Assembly (NCBI RefSeq): GCF_013004595.1
Contig: NZ_JABEMC010000008.1
Location: forward strand, 1-64,000
Direction of reading: 5' to 3'
Length of the DNA stretch: 64,000 nucleotides
Source: Brevibacterium luteolum
GTDB taxonomy: Bacteria > Actinomycetota > Actinomycetes > Actinomycetales > Brevibacteriaceae
The notes under the pieces were generated by a model, which did no database searches, was not told the origin of the DNA, and worked only from the letters and a program-made list of their open reading frames with translations. Position 1 is the first letter of the stretch; every line of letters begins with the position of its first letter. Of the stretch, positions 62,078-64,000 are shown one piece after another. The translations under genes and the position numbers were made by a program.

Positions 62078-62088
62078 TCACCAGCTCG

Positions 62089-62133
62089 TGATGGCGGTCT
62101 GTCGGCAGCATCTGCTGCCGCAGGCCGCCATCA
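62089..62133. terminator. hairpin between secA and the convergent gene
   Basis: TGATGGCGG..CGGCAGC-atct-GCTGCCG..CCGCCATCA. Confidence 0.65.
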
Positions 62134-62179
62134 GCATTCACGGACGAATCGACGGTTGCCTCAGGCGGTCTCCAGCGGT

Positions 62180-62677
62180 TCAGGCGGTTTCCAGCTGGGT
62201 GACGAGCCACCGGTTGCGGATGTGCTCCAACCGCAGGGCGACCGCACGGTGGCGCCGGCCGGTGTTGACGACGACCGCCGCCTCGGCCACGCGCGGGCCG
62301 ACAAGGCACACCCGCGGGTTGCCAGCAGAGAGCATCGCAGGACGCGGTGGTGCCGCCTTGGCCAGCTGCTGCCGGTATGCGGCATGCGCGCGGATCCGCT
62401 CGAAGAGATCCGGGGCCACCCATTTGCCGACCGATGACGGGGCACGCGTGCCGCCGAAGATTTCGATGATCGCCACCGACAGTGACGACGCGGCCGCCTG
62501 CAGCGCTTCGATGAGGTCCTGTTGCTCGGCCTCCGCTGCGCGGCTGGTCTCGGGTTCCGGTCGCCGCGTGGCAGCCGGAACTGGCGACGGTGCCTGTCTC
62601 GGTGCAGTCTCGGCGCGCGGCCTGGGGCGGGTGAGGGTCAGTTCGCCGGGTGCGGCGTCGGTCATCATCGTGGTCAT
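62180..62677 (-). CDS. Rv3235-family protein
   Basis: IEIFGGTR, AEAAVVV..G.R.RAVALRLE....RW.VTQLE; convergent to secA. Confidence 0.82.
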   Translation of the reverse strand: MTTMMTDAAPGELTLTRPRPRAETAPRQAPSPVPAATRRPEPETSRAAEAEQQDLIEALQAAASSLSVAIIEIFGGTRAPSSVGKWVAPDLFERIRAHAAYRQQLAKAAPPRPAMLSAGNPRVCLVGPRVAEAAVVVNTGRRHRAVALRLEHIRNRWLVTQLETA

Positions 62678-63468
62678 GGCATCTCCAATCGCTGTCCAGG
62701 CATGATGAGGTTCGGGTCGGCACCGATGATGTGCCGGTTGGCGTCGTGGATCGCATCAACGCGATCAATGAGCTCTGCGCTCTCGGCCCCGGCGTAGTGC
62801 TCGGCGGCGATCGTCCAGAGGGAATCTCCTGCGCTCACCGTTGCAACGTCAGGCGAGGCCGGGGTTCTGTGATCATCTGAGTCCCTGCCGTGGTCCGTTC
62901 CCGAGGTGCCGGGCTGCTGCGTGGGAGCGTCCGGATAGGGAGTGGTCGGGTCCTCGTCATCGGCAGTCGGTGACGTCGATTCCTCCGATGGCGGAGCCGG
63001 GCTGTCAGTCGGGCCGGCGGACGGTGAGTCCGGCGACCGGGTCGGCCAGCCAGGGGAGGAGGGCGCTGTCGTGCTCGACTCTGCAGGGCGGGTCGGCCAG
63101 CCGGGAGACGGCGCATCGGGTGCTGCCGCGGCGGCCGTCGCGAAGCCGGTGCCTGTCAGGATGAGGCCGGCACACGAGGCGGCGACAACACGCCGGAACC
63201 TGGCCGGGCTCATCGCAATCGCCGCCTGGGCGCAGCGGTCGGCAGCCACGTGACCGAACAGCCGAGCCGCATGGGCGAGACCACTGAGCACCGTGGCGCA
63301 CGTGAGACGCGCACCGGCGAGGACTGCTGCACTGCCGGCGATGAGCACCAGACCGGCGCCGATGTCACCTTGACCGAGCGCCACCATCAGCTCCGGGGCG
63401 CTGGCACACAGCCACAGGGTCATGACGATGTGTGTGAGGCTCAGCAGCCGTGTCAGCCAGATCAGCAT
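62674..63468 (-). CDS. membrane-anchored LysM protein
   Basis: TM N-terminus, duplicated SPGWPTR, LysM TVSAGDSLWTIA...N...IGADPNLIMPGQRL; SD AGGAG. Confidence 0.88.
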   Translation of the reverse strand: MLIWLTRLLSLTHIVMTLWLCASAPELMVALGQGDIGAGLVLIAGSAAVLAGARLTCATVLSGLAHAARLFGHVAADRCAQAAIAMSPARFRRVVAASCAGLILTGTGFATAAAAAPDAPSPGWPTRPAESSTTAPSSPGWPTRSPDSPSAGPTDSPAPPSEESTSPTADDEDPTTPYPDAPTQQPGTSGTDHGRDSDDHRTPASPDVATVSAGDSLWTIAAEHYAGAESAELIDRVDAIHDANRHIIGADPNLIMPGQRLEMP

Positions 63469-63492
63469 TTCAACTCCTATCAATGTGCTTAT

Positions 63493-63523
63493 AAGAATGA
63501 CAAAGAACAGCAAACGAAGTCAA
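63493..63523 (-). promoter_or_regulatory. candidate promoter of LysM operon within 10-bp periodic repeats
   Basis: minus strand TTGACT (63523-63518), N18, CATTCT (63499-63494). Confidence 0.5.
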
Positions 63524-63633
63524 TAGATACTAAAAAGTAGTATTGAGATTCGACTGGATTCGAATGACAGAGATTGAGCTGAGGTGTGTGCGGAACCCGT
63601 GCCCGGCGTTCGCTGTTCTGCGATCATGGGCTC

Positions 63634-64000
63634 ATGACTGAGCCGACATCACCGCGCGGAGACGACACCTCAGGTGCCGATCGCGTCGAGGCGCTCTTCG
63701 CCGACCTCGCCGCTGAGGAACAGGGGCGCACCGCTCATGAGCGGATGGGTGAGCTCGGGGATCTTGTCGCAGGAGAGTTCGCCGATCACGGTCTCGCCCA
63801 CCGGCTCGCCGGTGCTGTCGGCGCTCCGGTCGAGGTGCATGTCGCGCGCACATGGTTCGACGGCATCATCGATGCAGTGGGGCAGCAGTGGGTGCTGCTG
63901 CGCGGACGGGTGCCCGGCGCCCCACGGGCGCTGGTGAACCTGGCTCGGGTCGACCATCTGCGCATGCGCCGGGTCGCTCACGGCTCTGATGCCGTCATCT
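63634..64000 (+). CDS. conserved actinobacterial hypothetical protein (partial, runs off window)
   Basis: open frame not in the ORF track: MTEPTSPRGDDTSGADRVEALFADLAAEEQG...VGQQWVLL...; 'ALFADL' and 'VG..W.LL' motifs; GATCAT-N6-ATG start. Confidence 0.75.
   Translation, partial: MTEPTSPRGDDTSGADRVEALFADLAAEEQGRTAHERMGELGDLVAGEFADHGLAHRLAGAVGAPVEVHVARTWFDGIIDAVGQQWVLLRGRVPGAPRALVNLARVDHLRMRRVAHGSDAVI

Larger units (their letters stand above)
7629..62908. repeat. dispersed 14-bp motif CCGYKCCCGAGGYG, at least 17 copies (span of copies, not contiguous)
   Basis: copies start at 7629(-), 14708(-), 24625, 31646, 37214(-), 39922(-), 40395, 45249(-), 46317, 46351, 48684, 50260, 50293, 52655, 56409, 56447(-) and 62895. 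Confidence 0.75.

Noticed and set aside
1..64000. tRNA, rRNA, prophage or integrase genes
   Set aside because: No cloverleaf, rRNA-like tract or phage/integrase motif recognised

Overview
High-GC actinobacterial chromosome segment (Micrococcales-like; Brevibacterium is plausible but not proven), mostly conserved core. Gene order: pcp, accE-like, pccB, birA, adenylate cyclase, topoisomerase IV A, GNAT/acyl-CoA-synthetase fusion, purKE, acyl-CoA dehydrogenase, LCP, autolysin, manA, scoAB, cofE-like, whiB, GT2/DUF5719, manB, ahcY, the RDD/SpoIIM/DUF58/MoxR/DUF4350/DUF4129 cluster, mtrAB-lpqB, comF, hpf, ycaQ-like, secA and a LysM gene. Accessory or decayed parts: the left end of an IS3-family element (1-127, missed by the ORF track) abutting a multiply broken sortase-anchored M14 carboxypeptidase; a vapBC pair; a PucR/acyl-CoA ligase/AtoE cassette; and a DUF222-HNH gene between RDD and SpoIIM with flanking direct and inverted repeats and DNA-damage-type promoter motifs. 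The most unusual signal is a dispersed 14-bp motif, CCGYKCCCGAGGYG. I found at least 17 copies on both strands, with pairs sharing 21-25 bp, concentrated in intergenic DNA and in protein linkers or tails where it is read in different frames. This is how an uptake-sequence-like or chromosome-architecture signal would behave. No rRNA, tRNA or CRISPR array was seen. Family assignments are by motif recognition and synteny, not database searches.
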